From NCBI GenBank assembly GCA_044235875.1, contig JBIIHJ010000001.1:3707-67706 (forward strand): DNA of 64,000 bases, written 5' to 3'. The notes under the pieces were generated by a model. That model saw only the letters and a list, made by a program, of their open reading frames with translations, was not told where the DNA came from and did not search any database. Positions 35,370 through 46,800 of the stretch are shown here, in pieces (position 1 is the first letter of the stretch; every line of letters begins with the position of its first letter). Source of the DNA: Pseudoxanthomonas sp. (GTDB taxonomy: Bacteria; Pseudomonadota; Gammaproteobacteria; Xanthomonadales; Xanthomonadaceae). The position numbers and the translations under genes were made by a program.

Positions 35370-38057
35370 TTACCTGGTTTCCGCCGGCTCGGCGGGCGCA
35401 CCGGCCAACGTGCTGGCGACATCGCGCAGCTGCAGGGCGGCGCGCAGCTGGGCCAGCGTTGCGGGGCTCTTGATCCGCAGCACCGCCGGCTCGCCCGGCA
35501 GCAGGGTCAGGGCGTTGTCCGACAGGGTCGCATCGAGATCGCCGAAGGAGGCCCAGACCTCGCGCGCCAGCACCGCACTGGACAAGGTCAGCGTGTATTC
35601 CGGGCCATCCTGCGCCAGCTGCGCATCGATCTGCGAGGGCGCCAGCGCCAAGTGTTTGGCGGCATCGAAATACACCAGTGACCGCGACAGCACGCGCGTA
35701 CCATCGATCAGCTCGAACACCGCCACGGTGCGCTTGGGATCGGCGCGACCGAGCAGCTGCTGGTCGCTGTAGGTGGCCACGGCGGTGCTGGTCAGCGGCT
35801 TCAGCGTAACCGGCTGCACACGCGTGCTGACGGTCTTGCCCTGGACATCGAGCAGCCGGGTGCGCAGGCGCGCGTTGATCTGTGTGGTGCTGTCCGAGAC
35901 CAGGGACACCGACGTGCTTCCTGCGGGAGCGCGCAGCGCGAAGACCGCCTGTGGCGCGAAGAAGTGCCGCGCCCGGTACTGCAGCGCCTTCCAGCGGCCG
36001 TAGTAATCCACGCTGGACCACGAGGTCACCGGCCATACATCGTTGAGCTGCCAGTACAGCGTGCCCATCGTGCGTGGCATCGAGGCGCGATGATGGCTGG
36101 CGGCAATCTCGATGCCTTCGGCCTGCATCAGCTGGCTCAGGTAGACGAAGCTCTCAAAGTCCTTGGGCTCGCCGAACTCGCGGCGGATGTAGAGCAGCTG
36201 GCGCGCGTTGCCGCGGCCCTTGTCCCACTTCTGGTGGGCCTTGATCGCCGGCAGATCGAGGCTGAGCGGACCATCGCCGGCGAAGTCGCGCACCGTGCGC
36301 ATGTCCGGGAACGACTGCAGCCCGTATTCGGACATGAAGCGCGGCGTGATCTCCAGGTACTTGGTCACCGGATAGGCCGGGCCGCCCCATACCTGCCAGT
36401 AGTGCATGTCGCCATCGTCGGCCTGGTTGGCTTCGGTGTCGTAGTCGGTGCCCGGCGAGCTGGCCAGATACGGCGTCTCAGGTGACTGCTGGTTGACCAC
36501 CGCGCGCAGCACGTTGCCGAACAGGTTCTGCATGCCGCGCTCGATGCGGCCGCGCTCTTCCGGCGTGATCGACTGGCGCAGCTTGATGCTGTCGTCCATG
36601 CCTTCCCAGCCGACCTGCACCTCGTTGTTGCCGCACCACAGCACGATGCTGGCGTGATCGCGCAGGCGCCTGACCTGATCGACCGCCTCCCGGTGCGTGT
36701 TTTCGCGGAAGGCCACGTCGTAGGGCGGAATGCCGCCGCCGAACATGAAGTCCTGCCAGATCATGATCCCCAGTTCGTCGGCGATGTCGTAGAAGCGATC
36801 GTCCTGGTAGATGCCGCCGCCCCAGATGCGCAGCATGTTCATGTTGGCATCGCGCGCATCGCGCAGCGTGCGCCGCATCGTGGCCTCGGTGACGCGGCTG
36901 GAAAAGCTGTCCAGCGGGATCATGTTGGCGCCCTTGGCGAAGACCGGGATGCCGTTGACCACCAAGGCCATGCCGCGGCCCCACTGGTCCTTCTCGCGCC
37001 GCAGCTCGACCGTGCGCAAGCCGGTCACGCGCCTGAAGGTCTGCGTATCGCCGTCGGCGTCGCGCACGGTGGCCACGAACGTATAGCGGTCCTGCGCGCC
37101 ATAGCCGGCCGGGAACCAGCGTCGCGGATGGGCGATGCGCAGCGGCAGAGCGATGCGGTTGCTGCCGGGATCGACGATGCGCTCCTGGTCGAACCGCGCG
37201 ACCTGTTGGCCGTCAGGATCGAGCACCTGCAGATTGATCTGGACCGGACCACTGCGCGAAGCCTCGATCGTGAGCTGAGCTTCCAGCTGCGCCGCTGCGG
37301 CGTCCACGCGCGGCTGGGCGATGTGCAGGTCGTCCACGCGCGTGGCATCCCACGCCCGCAGCGCCACGCCCTTCCACAGGCCGGCGGTGACCAGGCGCGG
37401 GCCCCAGTCCCAGCTGAAGTGATACGGCGCCTTGCGCAGGTAGATGGAACTGTTGCGACCGAACGGCTCATCGCCGAATGCCGAGTCGTACGTGCCCGGC
37501 AGGCCGTAGGGCTGCTTGGCCAGCCAGGGGCGCAGCGCCTCGATCGGCGAGCGGAAAGTGACTTCCAGCGTGTTGGCGCCGCGCTTGAGCAGCGGCTTCA
37601 CCTCCACGGTCCAGCGCCGGAACATGTTGTCGGCGTCCAGGATCTTCTGCCCGTTGAGCGTCACCTGGGCCAGCGTGTCCAGGCCGTCGAACACCAGTTC
37701 GAGGTGCTGGCGCCCCAGCGTGTCGGCATCGACTTGGAAGCGGGTCTGGTACTGCCAGTCCGACAGGCCGACCCATTGCACCCTGGCCTCGTTGTCGCCC
37801 TTGAACGGATCGACCAGCAGGCCCGCGGCCATCAGGTCGGTCTGCACCGCGCCGGGCACCGTGGCCGGCAGCCAGCGCGCCGCGTCGGGGTGCGCCTTGG
37901 CCTGTTCGACCTGCCCGGGCAGCAGCCGGACCTGCCAGCCCGCGTCCAGCGATTGCGAGGTCGGCGTGGCGGCCATGGCCTGGCCCAACGCCGCCAGCAG
38001 GCCCAGGGTCAGGACCAGACGCGGCGACACGTGGGAGGAGGAAGGGCAGATCGACAT
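35370..38057 (-). CDS. GH2 beta-mannosidase, exported
   Basis: ATVPG.VQTDL, FDGLDT, DNMFR, FSWDWGP, KGAN.IP, NMNMLRIWGGG, WCGNNE (acid/base), SEYG (nucleophile), YWQLNDVWP. Confidence 0.93.
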   Translation of the reverse strand: MSICPSSSHVSPRLVLTLGLLAALGQAMAATPTSQSLDAGWQVRLLPGQVEQAKAHPDAARWLPATVPGAVQTDLMAAGLLVDPFKGDNEARVQWVGLSDWQYQTRFQVDADTLGRQHLELVFDGLDTLAQVTLNGQKILDADNMFRRWTVEVKPLLKRGANTLEVTFRSPIEALRPWLAKQPYGLPGTYDSAFGDEPFGRNSSIYLRKAPYHFSWDWGPRLVTAGLWKGVALRAWDATRVDDLHIAQPRVDAAAAQLEAQLTIEASRSGPVQINLQVLDPDGQQVARFDQERIVDPGSNRIALPLRIAHPRRWFPAGYGAQDRYTFVATVRDADGDTQTFRRVTGLRTVELRREKDQWGRGMALVVNGIPVFAKGANMIPLDSFSSRVTEATMRRTLRDARDANMNMLRIWGGGIYQDDRFYDIADELGIMIWQDFMFGGGIPPYDVAFRENTHREAVDQVRRLRDHASIVLWCGNNEVQVGWEGMDDSIKLRQSITPEERGRIERGMQNLFGNVLRAVVNQQSPETPYLASSPGTDYDTEANQADDGDMHYWQVWGGPAYPVTKYLEITPRFMSEYGLQSFPDMRTVRDFAGDGPLSLDLPAIKAHQKWDKGRGNARQLLYIRREFGEPKDFESFVYLSQLMQAEGIEIAASHHRASMPRTMGTLYWQLNDVWPVTSWSSVDYYGRWKALQYRARHFFAPQAVFALRAPAGSTSVSLVSDSTTQINARLRTRLLDVQGKTVSTRVQPVTLKPLTSTAVATYSDQQLLGRADPKRTVAVFELIDGTRVLSRSLVYFDAAKHLALAPSQIDAQLAQDGPEYTLTLSSAVLAREVWASFGDLDATLSDNALTLLPGEPAVLRIKSPATLAQLRAALQLRDVASTLAGAPAEPAETR

Positions 38058-38359
38058 GGACAAGCGGCTCCTGGGAATCAATGCACGTCGGCAGCTGCCG
38101 TCGTCGAGGCGGGGATCGGAGGGAGGGTGCCGGTCGCCCAGCGCGAGCCGGCGATCGAAGCGGTATAGCGTAGATGTAGCTTGTGGGTCCCGCTGCGGGG
38201 CGTCATGACATCCTGCAGAAGGGCTGCGGGCGCAAGAAAGAGCGCTGGCTGCATCGCCACGGGGTCGATGCGCGTCGCGACATGCGCTGCCAGGAACACC
38301 AGGCACGCGATGCCCAGCTGCTGCAGGAGCGCAGTGCATGTTCAGCACGCTCGCAATAC

Positions 38360-39268
38360 CTACCTCTCCCACGGCGCAGGCGCGGCGAATTGGGTGGCCA
38401 GGAAATCGACGAACGCATGCACGCGTGGTGGTTGCAGCCGACGTGCGGGCGTGACCGCATTGATCTGCGTGAGCGGCGGCGGGTAATCCGGCAGGACGAT
38501 GCTCAGCCGGCCATGGCGCAGGTCATCGGCCACATGCCAGAGCGAGTGCACGGCGATGCCTTGCCCGGCCACGACCGCATCCCGGAGCAGTTCGCCGAAG
38601 TTGCTCTCGAACCTGCTGCGCATGCGGACCTTGGTGGTGCCTCCTTCGGGCGTGGTCAGGGTCCAGGTGTCCTGGCGCCCGGTGCGGCCCATCAGCAGGA
38701 TGCCGTCGTGCTGCGCAAGTTCATCCGGATGCCGGGGCGTGCCACGACGGCGCAGGTAGTCGGGCGAGGCGACCAGGGCGCGGCGGTTGGAGGCGATCGG
38801 TCGGGCGACCAGGCCCGAATCCTCCATCGCACCGACGCGGATCGCCAGGTCGAATCCCTCCTTCACCAGATCGACAAGATCGTCGCTCAGATGGGCGCTG
38901 ATGCCGACCCGTGGGTGCAGCGCCTGGAACGCCGGAAGCAACGGCGACACGTATTGCCGCCCGAAGGAGGCGGACATGGTCATGCGCAGCGTGCCGGTGA
39001 CGCCGACCGCGCTTTCGCGCAGGCCTTCGCCCAGCGCTTCGAATTCCTCCACCAGCGGGCGACCGCGCTCGGCCAGTGCCTGGCCCTCCGGCGTGGGATG
39101 CAGGCGGCGCGTGGTCCGGTGAAGCAGGCGCACGCCTAGGTCGCGCTCCAGCCGCTGGAGCCGCTGGCTGGCGACAGCCACCGACAGGTCCTGGCTGCGG
39201 GCGGCTGCGGTGATCGAGCCCAGATCCAGCACCCGCAGGAACAGGGCGATGTCGCCGATGCGGTCCAT
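38360..39268 (-). CDS. LysR-family regulator (CrgA/DmlR-like)
   Basis: GSITAAAR, LERDLGVRLLHRTTRRLHPTPEG, DLVKEGFDLAIRVG. Confidence 0.94.
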   Translation of the reverse strand: MDRIGDIALFLRVLDLGSITAAARSQDLSVAVASQRLQRLERDLGVRLLHRTTRRLHPTPEGQALAERGRPLVEEFEALGEGLRESAVGVTGTLRMTMSASFGRQYVSPLLPAFQALHPRVGISAHLSDDLVDLVKEGFDLAIRVGAMEDSGLVARPIASNRRALVASPDYLRRRGTPRHPDELAQHDGILLMGRTGRQDTWTLTTPEGGTTKVRMRSRFESNFGELLRDAVVAGQGIAVHSLWHVADDLRHGRLSIVLPDYPPPLTQINAVTPARRLQPPRVHAFVDFLATQFAAPAPWER

Positions 39269-39276
39269 GGCCATTA

Positions 39277-39291
39277 TCAATTCATTGTTGA
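39277..39291. promoter_or_regulatory. LysR recognition site
   Basis: TCAA-N7-TTGA dyad in the AT-rich divergent spacer. Confidence 0.5.
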
Positions 39292-39399
39292 AAGTGATTC
39301 AGGATAACAGTGGTTCTTGCGACAAGCGCGGACGCGCAGGATGGCCTTCTCTCCTGCACAAAGGCCTCTCCCGTGGCTGCTTCCCCCTCCACTCCACGC

Positions 39400-40581
39400 A
39401 TGCCGGCGGCGCTGTACGCGCTGACCATCGGCGCCTTCGGCATCGGCACCACCGAGTTCGTGCTGATGGGCCTGCTGCAGCAGGTCGCCCGCGATCTGGG
39501 CGTCTCTATCCCCGCCGCCGGCATGCTGATCAGCGGTTACGCGCTGGGCGTGTTCGTCGGCGCGCCGGTGCTGACCCTGGCGAGCGCGAAACTGCCGCGC
39601 AAGGCGGTACTGGTCGCGCTGATGGGCATCTTCACCCTGGGCAACCTGGCCTGTGCACTGGCGCCGGACTACACCACGCTGATGGCCGCGCGCGTGTTGA
39701 CCTCGCTGGCCCACGGCACCTTCTTTGGCGTGGGTGCGGTGGTGGCGACCTCGCTGGTGCCGGCCGAACGCAAGGCCTCGGCGATCTCGATCATGTTCGC
39801 CGGGCTGACCGTGGCCACGCTGCTGGGCGTGCCGGCCGGCGCATGGCTGGGACTGCACTTCGGTTGGCGGGCGACGTTCTGGGCGGTGGCGGCGATCGGC
39901 GTGATCGCGCTGGCCGTGGTCGCATGGTGGGTGCCGGCCGCGGCCGGCGCGGGCAAGGCGGTGCACTGGCGCGAGGAAGTGGCGGTGCTTGGCCGTGGCC
40001 AGGTGTTGCTGGCGCTGGCAATGACCGTGCTGGGCTACGCCGGGGTGTTCGCGGTGTTCACCTACATCCAGCCGCTGCTGGTGGAAGTCACCGGCTTCAG
40101 CCAGGCCGCGGTGTCGCCGGTGCTGCTGGTGTTCGGCGTCGGCATGATCGCCGGCAACCTGCTCGGCGGACGCCTGGCCGATCGTCGGCCCACGCCGACG
40201 CTGATCGGTACGCTGGTGGCGCTTGCGCTGGTCCTGGCGCTGATGAGCTTGGCGCTGCATTCGCAGGTCGCGATGATCGCCTTCGTCGGCCTGCTCGGCA
40301 TCGCCGCGTTCGCCACGGTCGCGCCACTGCAGCTGCGGGTGCTGGAACAGGCCCAGGGCGCGGGCCAGAACCTGGCCTCCAGCCTCAACATCGCCGCCTT
40401 CAACCTGGGCAACGCCTTGGGCGCGTGGGTCGGCGGCGTGGTGGTGGCCAGTGCCCTGGGCCTGCCGGCCACGCCCTGGGTCGCCGCGCTGATCACCAGC
40501 GTCGGCCTGGCCATCGCGCTGCTGAGCGTGCGGCTCGGACGCCGCGGCGCGTCCTCCGCGGCCTGCGTGCAGGCCGGCTGA
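39400..40581 (+). CDS. MFS transporter (DHA1, NepI/YtbD-like)
   Basis: FGIGTTEFV.MGLL, HGTFFGVG.VVA, GWRATFW, GGRLADR, SLNIAAFNLGNALGA. Confidence 0.93.
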   Translation: MPAALYALTIGAFGIGTTEFVLMGLLQQVARDLGVSIPAAGMLISGYALGVFVGAPVLTLASAKLPRKAVLVALMGIFTLGNLACALAPDYTTLMAARVLTSLAHGTFFGVGAVVATSLVPAERKASAISIMFAGLTVATLLGVPAGAWLGLHFGWRATFWAVAAIGVIALAVVAWWVPAAAGAGKAVHWREEVAVLGRGQVLLALAMTVLGYAGVFAVFTYIQPLLVEVTGFSQAAVSPVLLVFGVGMIAGNLLGGRLADRRPTPTLIGTLVALALVLALMSLALHSQVAMIAFVGLLGIAAFATVAPLQLRVLEQAQGAGQNLASSLNIAAFNLGNALGAWVGGVVVASALGLPATPWVAALITSVGLAIALLSVRLGRRGASSAACVQAG

Positions 40582-40605
40582 AATCCTTTCCTTGACGAGA
40601 GACAC

Positions 40606-41637
40606 ATGGACACTCGCCTGCTTGGCCGTTCCGGCCTGAAAGTCCCCGTGCTCGGCTTTGGTGCCGGCACCTTCGGCGGCAAGGGGCCGCTGTTTTCGGC
40701 CTGGGGCGATACCGGCGTGGAACAGGCGCGGCGCATGGTCGATCTGTGCCTGGATGCCGGCCTGAATCTGTTCGACACCGCCGATGTGTATTCCGATGGC
40801 GCGTCCGAAGAGATCCTCGGCGCCGCGCTGCAAGGGCGGCGCGACCGGGTGCTGGTCTCGACCAAGACCGGCCTGCGCCTGGGCGATGGGCCCAACGATG
40901 CGGGCGCCTCGCGTGTGCGCCTGCTGCGCGCGGTCGACGCCTCGCTCAAGCGATTGCGCACCGACTACATCGACCTGCTGCAGCTGCATGCCTTCGATGC
41001 GATGACGCCCGTGGAAGAAACGCTGTCCACGCTCGACGGCCTGGTGCGCGCCGGCAAGGTGCGCTACCTGGGCGCGTCCAACTATGCCGGCTGGCAGCTG
41101 ATGAAATCGCTGTCGGTCGCCGATGCGCATGGCTGGCCGCGCTTCGTCGCCAACCAGGCCTACTATTCACTGGCCGGCCGCGATTACGAATGGGAGCTGA
41201 TGCCGCTCGGCATCGACCAGGGCGTCGGCGCGGTGGTGTGGAGCCCGCTGGGCTGGGGCCGGCTGACCGGCAAGCTGCGCCGTGGCCAGCCATTGCCCGA
41301 ACGGAGCCGGCTGCACGACACCGCCGCGTTCGGCCCGGCGATCGACGATGCGCGCTTGTTCGACATCGTCGATGTGCTCGATGCGATCGCCGAGGAAACC
41401 GGCCGCACGATCCCGCAGATCGCGATCAACTGGCTGCTGCAGCGACCGACAGTGAGCACCGTGCTGATCGGTGCCCGCACCGAAGACCAGCTGCGCGACA
41501 ACCTGGGTGCCGTGGGCTGGGCGCTGGATCCGGAGCAGATCGCGCGCCTGGATGCGGCCAGCGCGGTGGAAGCGCCCTATCCCTACTACCCCTATTGGCG
41601 CGGACAATTCAGCGAGCGCAGCCCGATCGCGGTCTGA
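40606..41637 (+). CDS. Aldo/keto reductase
   Basis: LGRSGLKVP.LGFG, FDTADVYS.G.SE, SLKRL.TDYIDL.QLH, GKVRYLGASN, WSPLG.G.LTGK. Confidence 0.95.
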   Translation: MDTRLLGRSGLKVPVLGFGAGTFGGKGPLFSAWGDTGVEQARRMVDLCLDAGLNLFDTADVYSDGASEEILGAALQGRRDRVLVSTKTGLRLGDGPNDAGASRVRLLRAVDASLKRLRTDYIDLLQLHAFDAMTPVEETLSTLDGLVRAGKVRYLGASNYAGWQLMKSLSVADAHGWPRFVANQAYYSLAGRDYEWELMPLGIDQGVGAVVWSPLGWGRLTGKLRRGQPLPERSRLHDTAAFGPAIDDARLFDIVDVLDAIAEETGRTIPQIAINWLLQRPTVSTVLIGARTEDQLRDNLGAVGWALDPEQIARLDAASAVEAPYPYYPYWRGQFSERSPIAV

Positions 41638-41985
41638 CGTGATCGACATGGCCTCGGGCTGCAAGGCGGCCGCAGCGCTGAGGACCGCGGCGCACATGCG
41701 CCGACAGCCAACCGGGCGCATCCAACATCGGTACCGCGCATGGCGTCTGGCGCTAGCGCAATGACAACCGCGGTGCCTGGATCGCCTTGCGTCGATCCGG
41801 CCGCCCACCGTGAAGCTGATGGCGCACGCAACGCCTGCAATCGTCTCGACGCGTTGCACGATTGGCCGGGGGGGTAAGGGATTCTGTACATCGCCGGATG
41901 TTCACGGGAGCAGGTGGACCGCCGCCATATTCTCCGGACAACGCCAAGCCCGCCGCTTGCCGCCTGCCGATGAAGAAGTGGGGCC

Positions 41986-43656
41986 ATGCCTGAATACGAG
42001 GTACTCGAGCACATCACCGACGGCGTGCTCTGGGTCGATGACACGTGGCGCTTCCGGTACGTCAATCCCAGCGCGGAGCGCCTGCTCAGGCGCTCGCGGC
42101 AAAGCCTGCTGGGGACGTTGTTCTGGGACCAATACCCGGACGCCATCGGGACCGCTTACGAGCGCTGCTACCGCACCGCCGCCCAAACCCATGTGTTGCA
42201 GAGCGTCACCGAGTACTACGCGCCGCTCGAGACCTGGTTCGAGGTCCGCGCGTTTCCGGCGCGCAGAGGCTTGGTGCTGTTGTTCCGCGACGTCGGCGCC
42301 GAGCACGTGGCCCAGCTGGAGCTTGAGCGCCAGGCATTGCAGGACGAGCTGACCGGCCTGTGCAACCGGCGGGCCTTGATCCAGCAGCTCGAACGCACGA
42401 TTGCCGACCATCCTGCCGGTCGGGCCACGTTGCTCTTCCTGGACCTGTCGCGCTTCAAGGAAATCAACGACGCGTTTGGGCATACCGTCGGCGACTTCTT
42501 CCTGGCCGAAGTCGCGCAGCGCTTGCGCACGACGGTCGATGATCCGCAGATCACCCTTGCACGCATCGGGGGCGACGAGTTCATCGTGCTGCTGAAGGAC
42601 GCGACCGACCAGGAGGCGATCGCGCTGGCCGAAAGACTCATCGCCGCCATTGCAGTGCCCATCGCGTCGGGCCAGGTGGTGGGGACGCTGGGTGTGAGCG
42701 TGGGCATCGCCCACTATCCGGACACCGCCAGCACTGCACACGCGCTGTTGCGCAACGCCGACACGGCCATGTATGAAGCCAAGCGCGCGGGGTCGGCGTC
42801 CCCGCGTGTGTTTTCCAAGGACCAGGTCCCCCAGCTCGTGCACCGGCTGCGTCTGCGCACGGAGCTGCCTCACGCCCTTGCATCCGGGCAGTTCGTGCTG
42901 TTCTTCCAGCCGCAGCTCGACTGCGCCTCATCGGAAGTCATGGGGTTCGAGGCGCTGCTGCGCTGGCGGCATCCCGAGCTTGGACTGTTGTTGCCTGCCG
43001 ATTTCCTGGACCTGCTGCTGGCCTCGGCGGCGTATGCCGACGTCAGCGTCTGGGTCATCGGCGAAGCCTGTCGCCAGGTCGCACGCTGGCATGCGGCCGG
43101 CCATCCTGGTCTCAGGGTGGCCATCAACCTGTCGGCCGGCGACGTCCAGAACCCAAGGCTCCTCGAAACGGTACGGGGCGCACTGAGCGCCGCGGGTATC
43201 GCTGCCGATGCATTGGATATCGAGGTCACCGAGACCGCGGTCCTGGAGGACTTCCAGGCCGCTGCGTCCAACCTGTCGCGCCTGCGCGAGCTCGGCGCGA
43301 TGATTTCCCTGGACGATTTCGGGACCGGCTACTCGAGTCTGGCCTACCTGGCCAATCTGCCGGTGGACCGGATCAAGATCGATCGCTCCTTCATCCATGA
43401 GCTCGCATCGCCCATGACCGCGCCACGCGCGCGCAGCATGGTGGAAGCCATCATCGCGTTGGCCGGGTCGCTGGGCATGGGCACGATTGCCGAGGGCGTG
43501 GAGACCCTCGCGCAACGGGACCTGCTCGATCAGGCAGGCTGTGATCAGATCCAAGGCTGGTGGGTCGGCGCCCCCACCGAGTCGGACGATGCGCTGGCGT
43601 TTTTGACAGGCCATCGCCGCGATCAGCGTCCGAGCGACGACGACACCTATCGCTGA
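41986..43656 (+). CDS. PAS-GGDEF-EAL c-di-GMP enzyme
   Basis: N-terminal PAS (YVNPSAE, WFEVRAFP), RIGGDEF, FEALLRW, EVTE, DDFGTGYSSL, KIDRSF, AEGVET. Confidence 0.95.
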   Translation: MPEYEVLEHITDGVLWVDDTWRFRYVNPSAERLLRRSRQSLLGTLFWDQYPDAIGTAYERCYRTAAQTHVLQSVTEYYAPLETWFEVRAFPARRGLVLLFRDVGAEHVAQLELERQALQDELTGLCNRRALIQQLERTIADHPAGRATLLFLDLSRFKEINDAFGHTVGDFFLAEVAQRLRTTVDDPQITLARIGGDEFIVLLKDATDQEAIALAERLIAAIAVPIASGQVVGTLGVSVGIAHYPDTASTAHALLRNADTAMYEAKRAGSASPRVFSKDQVPQLVHRLRLRTELPHALASGQFVLFFQPQLDCASSEVMGFEALLRWRHPELGLLLPADFLDLLLASAAYADVSVWVIGEACRQVARWHAAGHPGLRVAINLSAGDVQNPRLLETVRGALSAAGIAADALDIEVTETAVLEDFQAAASNLSRLRELGAMISLDDFGTGYSSLAYLANLPVDRIKIDRSFIHELASPMTAPRARSMVEAIIALAGSLGMGTIAEGVETLAQRDLLDQAGCDQIQGWWVGAPTESDDALAFLTGHRRDQRPSDDDTYR

Positions 43657-43848
43657 TCATCGACCGCTACTGGCGTCACGAGGATTCGCCAGGGGTGGGG
43701 TGCCTGACACTGCGCGCGCATCCAGTCAGGAGCCGAGCCCACGCATGCGGTGAGGCATGCGTTTTGCCCATCGCCTTCACGCCAGCACGTTGGCAAGCGC
43801 GCATGATCCGCGCCTCTAGCGGCGCTGCTGCTGCACAGGCCAAGTCAT

Positions 43849-46800
43849 ATGCCTCGAACGCGGGGGATGTCGGGATCCTTGGCATGGCGCCGGATCAAAC
43901 GCAACGCACGCTTGGCGCGACAGCACGAACAGGCGGACAGTTTCCAGGCGCCGCCCCTGCGTGCAGCGTTGCTTGGTGGCGAGCAGATGGAAGCGCTCGG
44001 CCGGGAGCTGGCCAACGCCCATGTCCTGCATCAGGGCACTTCGCCCGAACTGCTGCTGGCGCGCCTGCGCTCGAACGCACGCGCGCTCGGCGATGCCGCA
44101 CGCAAGCTGGCACACATGTCAGGCGACGGCTTGCGGCTCCATCCAGCCGGCGAGTGGCTGCTGGACAATTATCATCTGGTCGAAGAGCAGGTCCGCGCGG
44201 CGCGTGAGCATCTGCCGCGCGGCTACAGCAGGCAGCTGCCATGCCTGAAGACGGCCGGCGCCATTGGACTGCCGCGCGTCTACGAACTCGGGCAGCAGGT
44301 CATCGCTCATGGGGATGGGCAGGTGGATGCGGTCACGCTGAGCCGCTTCATCGCCGCCTACCAGGCCATCGCGCCGCTCAAGCTGGGCGAACTGTGGGCG
44401 ATCCCGATCATGCTGCGGCTGGCACTGATCGATAACCTCCGCCGCGTGGCCGACGTCATCATGCGCGATGGCGATGATCATCGCCTGGCCAATGCCTGGT
44501 CCACGCGCCTCAATGCGACAGCCTTGAACGATCCACCGTCGCTGGTGCTGGTGGTCGCCGATCTTGCGCGCTCGCAGCCGCCCGTCACAGGGGCCTTCGT
44601 CGCCGAGCTGACCCGCGGACTCCAGGGGCGTGGTCCGGTGGTGTCGATGGCCAGCGCCTGGATCGAACAGTGGCTGGCGGCGGGCGGGCAGAGCGTGGAG
44701 GGGCTGGTCCACGCCGAGAGCCAGCGCCAGGCGGCCGACCAGGTGTCGGTCAGCAACAGCATCGGCAGCCTGCGATTTCTGGACGACATGGATTGGCGCG
44801 AGCTCGTGGAGACCATGAGCCTGGTCGACCGCACGCTTGGACAGGATCCGGCCGGCGTCTATCCGCGCATGGCGTTCCAGACGCGCGACGGGTATCGGCA
44901 CGCCGTTGAAAGTCTGGCCCGCCATGCCGGACTGGACGAGACCGTCGTCGCCGATGCCGCCCTGCGCCTGGCCCGGCAAAGCGAGGATCCCCAGCAGATC
45001 CGCACGCACGTGGGTTTTTACCTGGTCGATGCGGGACTGCCGCAGCTGCGCGCCGAACTGCAGCGGCCCGGCGCCGCCGCGGTGGCCCTTGACCAGGACC
45101 GACCCGCCCGGCGCGTGCCCTTGTGGCTGTACCTGACGCCGATCGCGTTGCTGGCGACGCTCTGGAGCCTGGTGCTGCTGCGCGGCGCGCCGACGGCGCC
45201 GGCCTTGCTGTGGTGGATCAGCGGCGTGCTGGCGCTGGTGGCGTCAAGCGAACTGGGGATCGTGCTGGTCAACTGGATCGCGACGCTGTCGGTGCCACCG
45301 CGCGCCTTGTCGCGCATGGATCTGCGCCTGGGCATTCCGGCCGAAAACCGCACCCTGGTGGTCATGCCCAGCATGCTGGCCGGGCGCGATGCCATCGACG
45401 CGCTGGTGGCCTCGCTGGAGGTGCATTACCTGGCCAACCGCGATGCGCACCTGCACTTTGCGCTGCTCACCGATTTCCTGGATGCCGGCCAGCAGGTCGT
45501 GCCCGGGGACCTGGACATGCTGGACCACGCCGCGCGCCAGATCGATCAGCTCAACCTGCGCTACGCACCCGAGCGCGGGCACCGCTTCTTCCTGCTGCAC
45601 CGGCCACGCCAATGGAACGCGGCCGAAGGCTGCTGGATGGGCGCCGAACGCAAGCGCGGCAAGCTGGAGGCACTCAATCGCCTGCTCAGCGCCGCGGATC
45701 TGGAGGCACAGGCCGACCAGGATTTCATGCGCGTCAGTGGCGACCTCACCGGCCTGTCGCAGGTGCGCTACGTCATCACGCTCGACAGCGACACCCAGCT
45801 GCCGCGCGACGCCGCCAGGACGCTGGTCGGCGCCATGTCCCATCCCCTGAACGTGCCGCGCCTGGACCCCACAGGCAAGGTGGTCGTGGCCGGTTACGGC
45901 ATCCTCCAGCCAGGGCTGGGCACCGGCATGGGCGTGGGGCAGGACACGCGCTTTGCCCGCATGTTCGGCATCGAACCGGGCATGGATCCTTACACCCGCG
46001 TGGTCTCGGACGTGTACCAGGATCTGTTCGGCGAAGGCTCGTTCATCGGCAAGGGCATCTATGCCGTGGCGACGTTCGAGCACGTGCTGGCCGGGCGCTT
46101 TCCCGATAACCGCGTCCTGAGTCACGACCTGCTCGAAGGCTGCTACGCACGCGCCGGCCTGATCAGCGATGTGCGCCTGTACGAGGGCCATCCCCAGCGC
46201 TACGCCGCCGATGCCAAGCGGCGCGCGCGCTGGGTGCGTGGCGACTGGCAGCTGCTGCCGTGGCTGTTGCCGTGGGTGCCCACCGCAAACGGCGGCCATG
46301 AACGCAATCCGCTGTCGTGGCTCTCGCGCGGCAAGCTGCTGGACAACCTGCGTCGCAGTCTGGTGTCGCCGGCGGCGCTGGCGCTGCTGTTGATCGGATG
46401 GCTGGCCTCGCCGATGCCGGTGCGTTGGACGCTCTGGCTGCTGTCCCTGTGGCTGCTGCCGGGCCTCCTCGGCACGCTGTATGCCCTGGTGCGCGTGCCG
46501 GAAGGGCTGAGCGTGCGCCACCACGCGCGGCAGGTCGGCCTGGACGCGCGGCAGCAGCTCGCCCGTGCCGGCGTGACGCTCTCGTGCCTGCCTTACGAGG
46601 CGGGCATGCAGCTGTCGGCCATCGGCCGCACGCTGTTCCGCATGATGGTCAGTGGCCGGCTGCTGCTGCAGTGGAGCCCGTCCAGCGAGGTCGAACGTGG
46701 CCTGCGCGGTGGGCAGGCCGAGCACCGGTTGATGGCCGGTGCTGCCGTGGCCGCGGTCCTGATCCTGGGCGTGGTCGCGTGGTGGGCACCGGTTGCGCTG

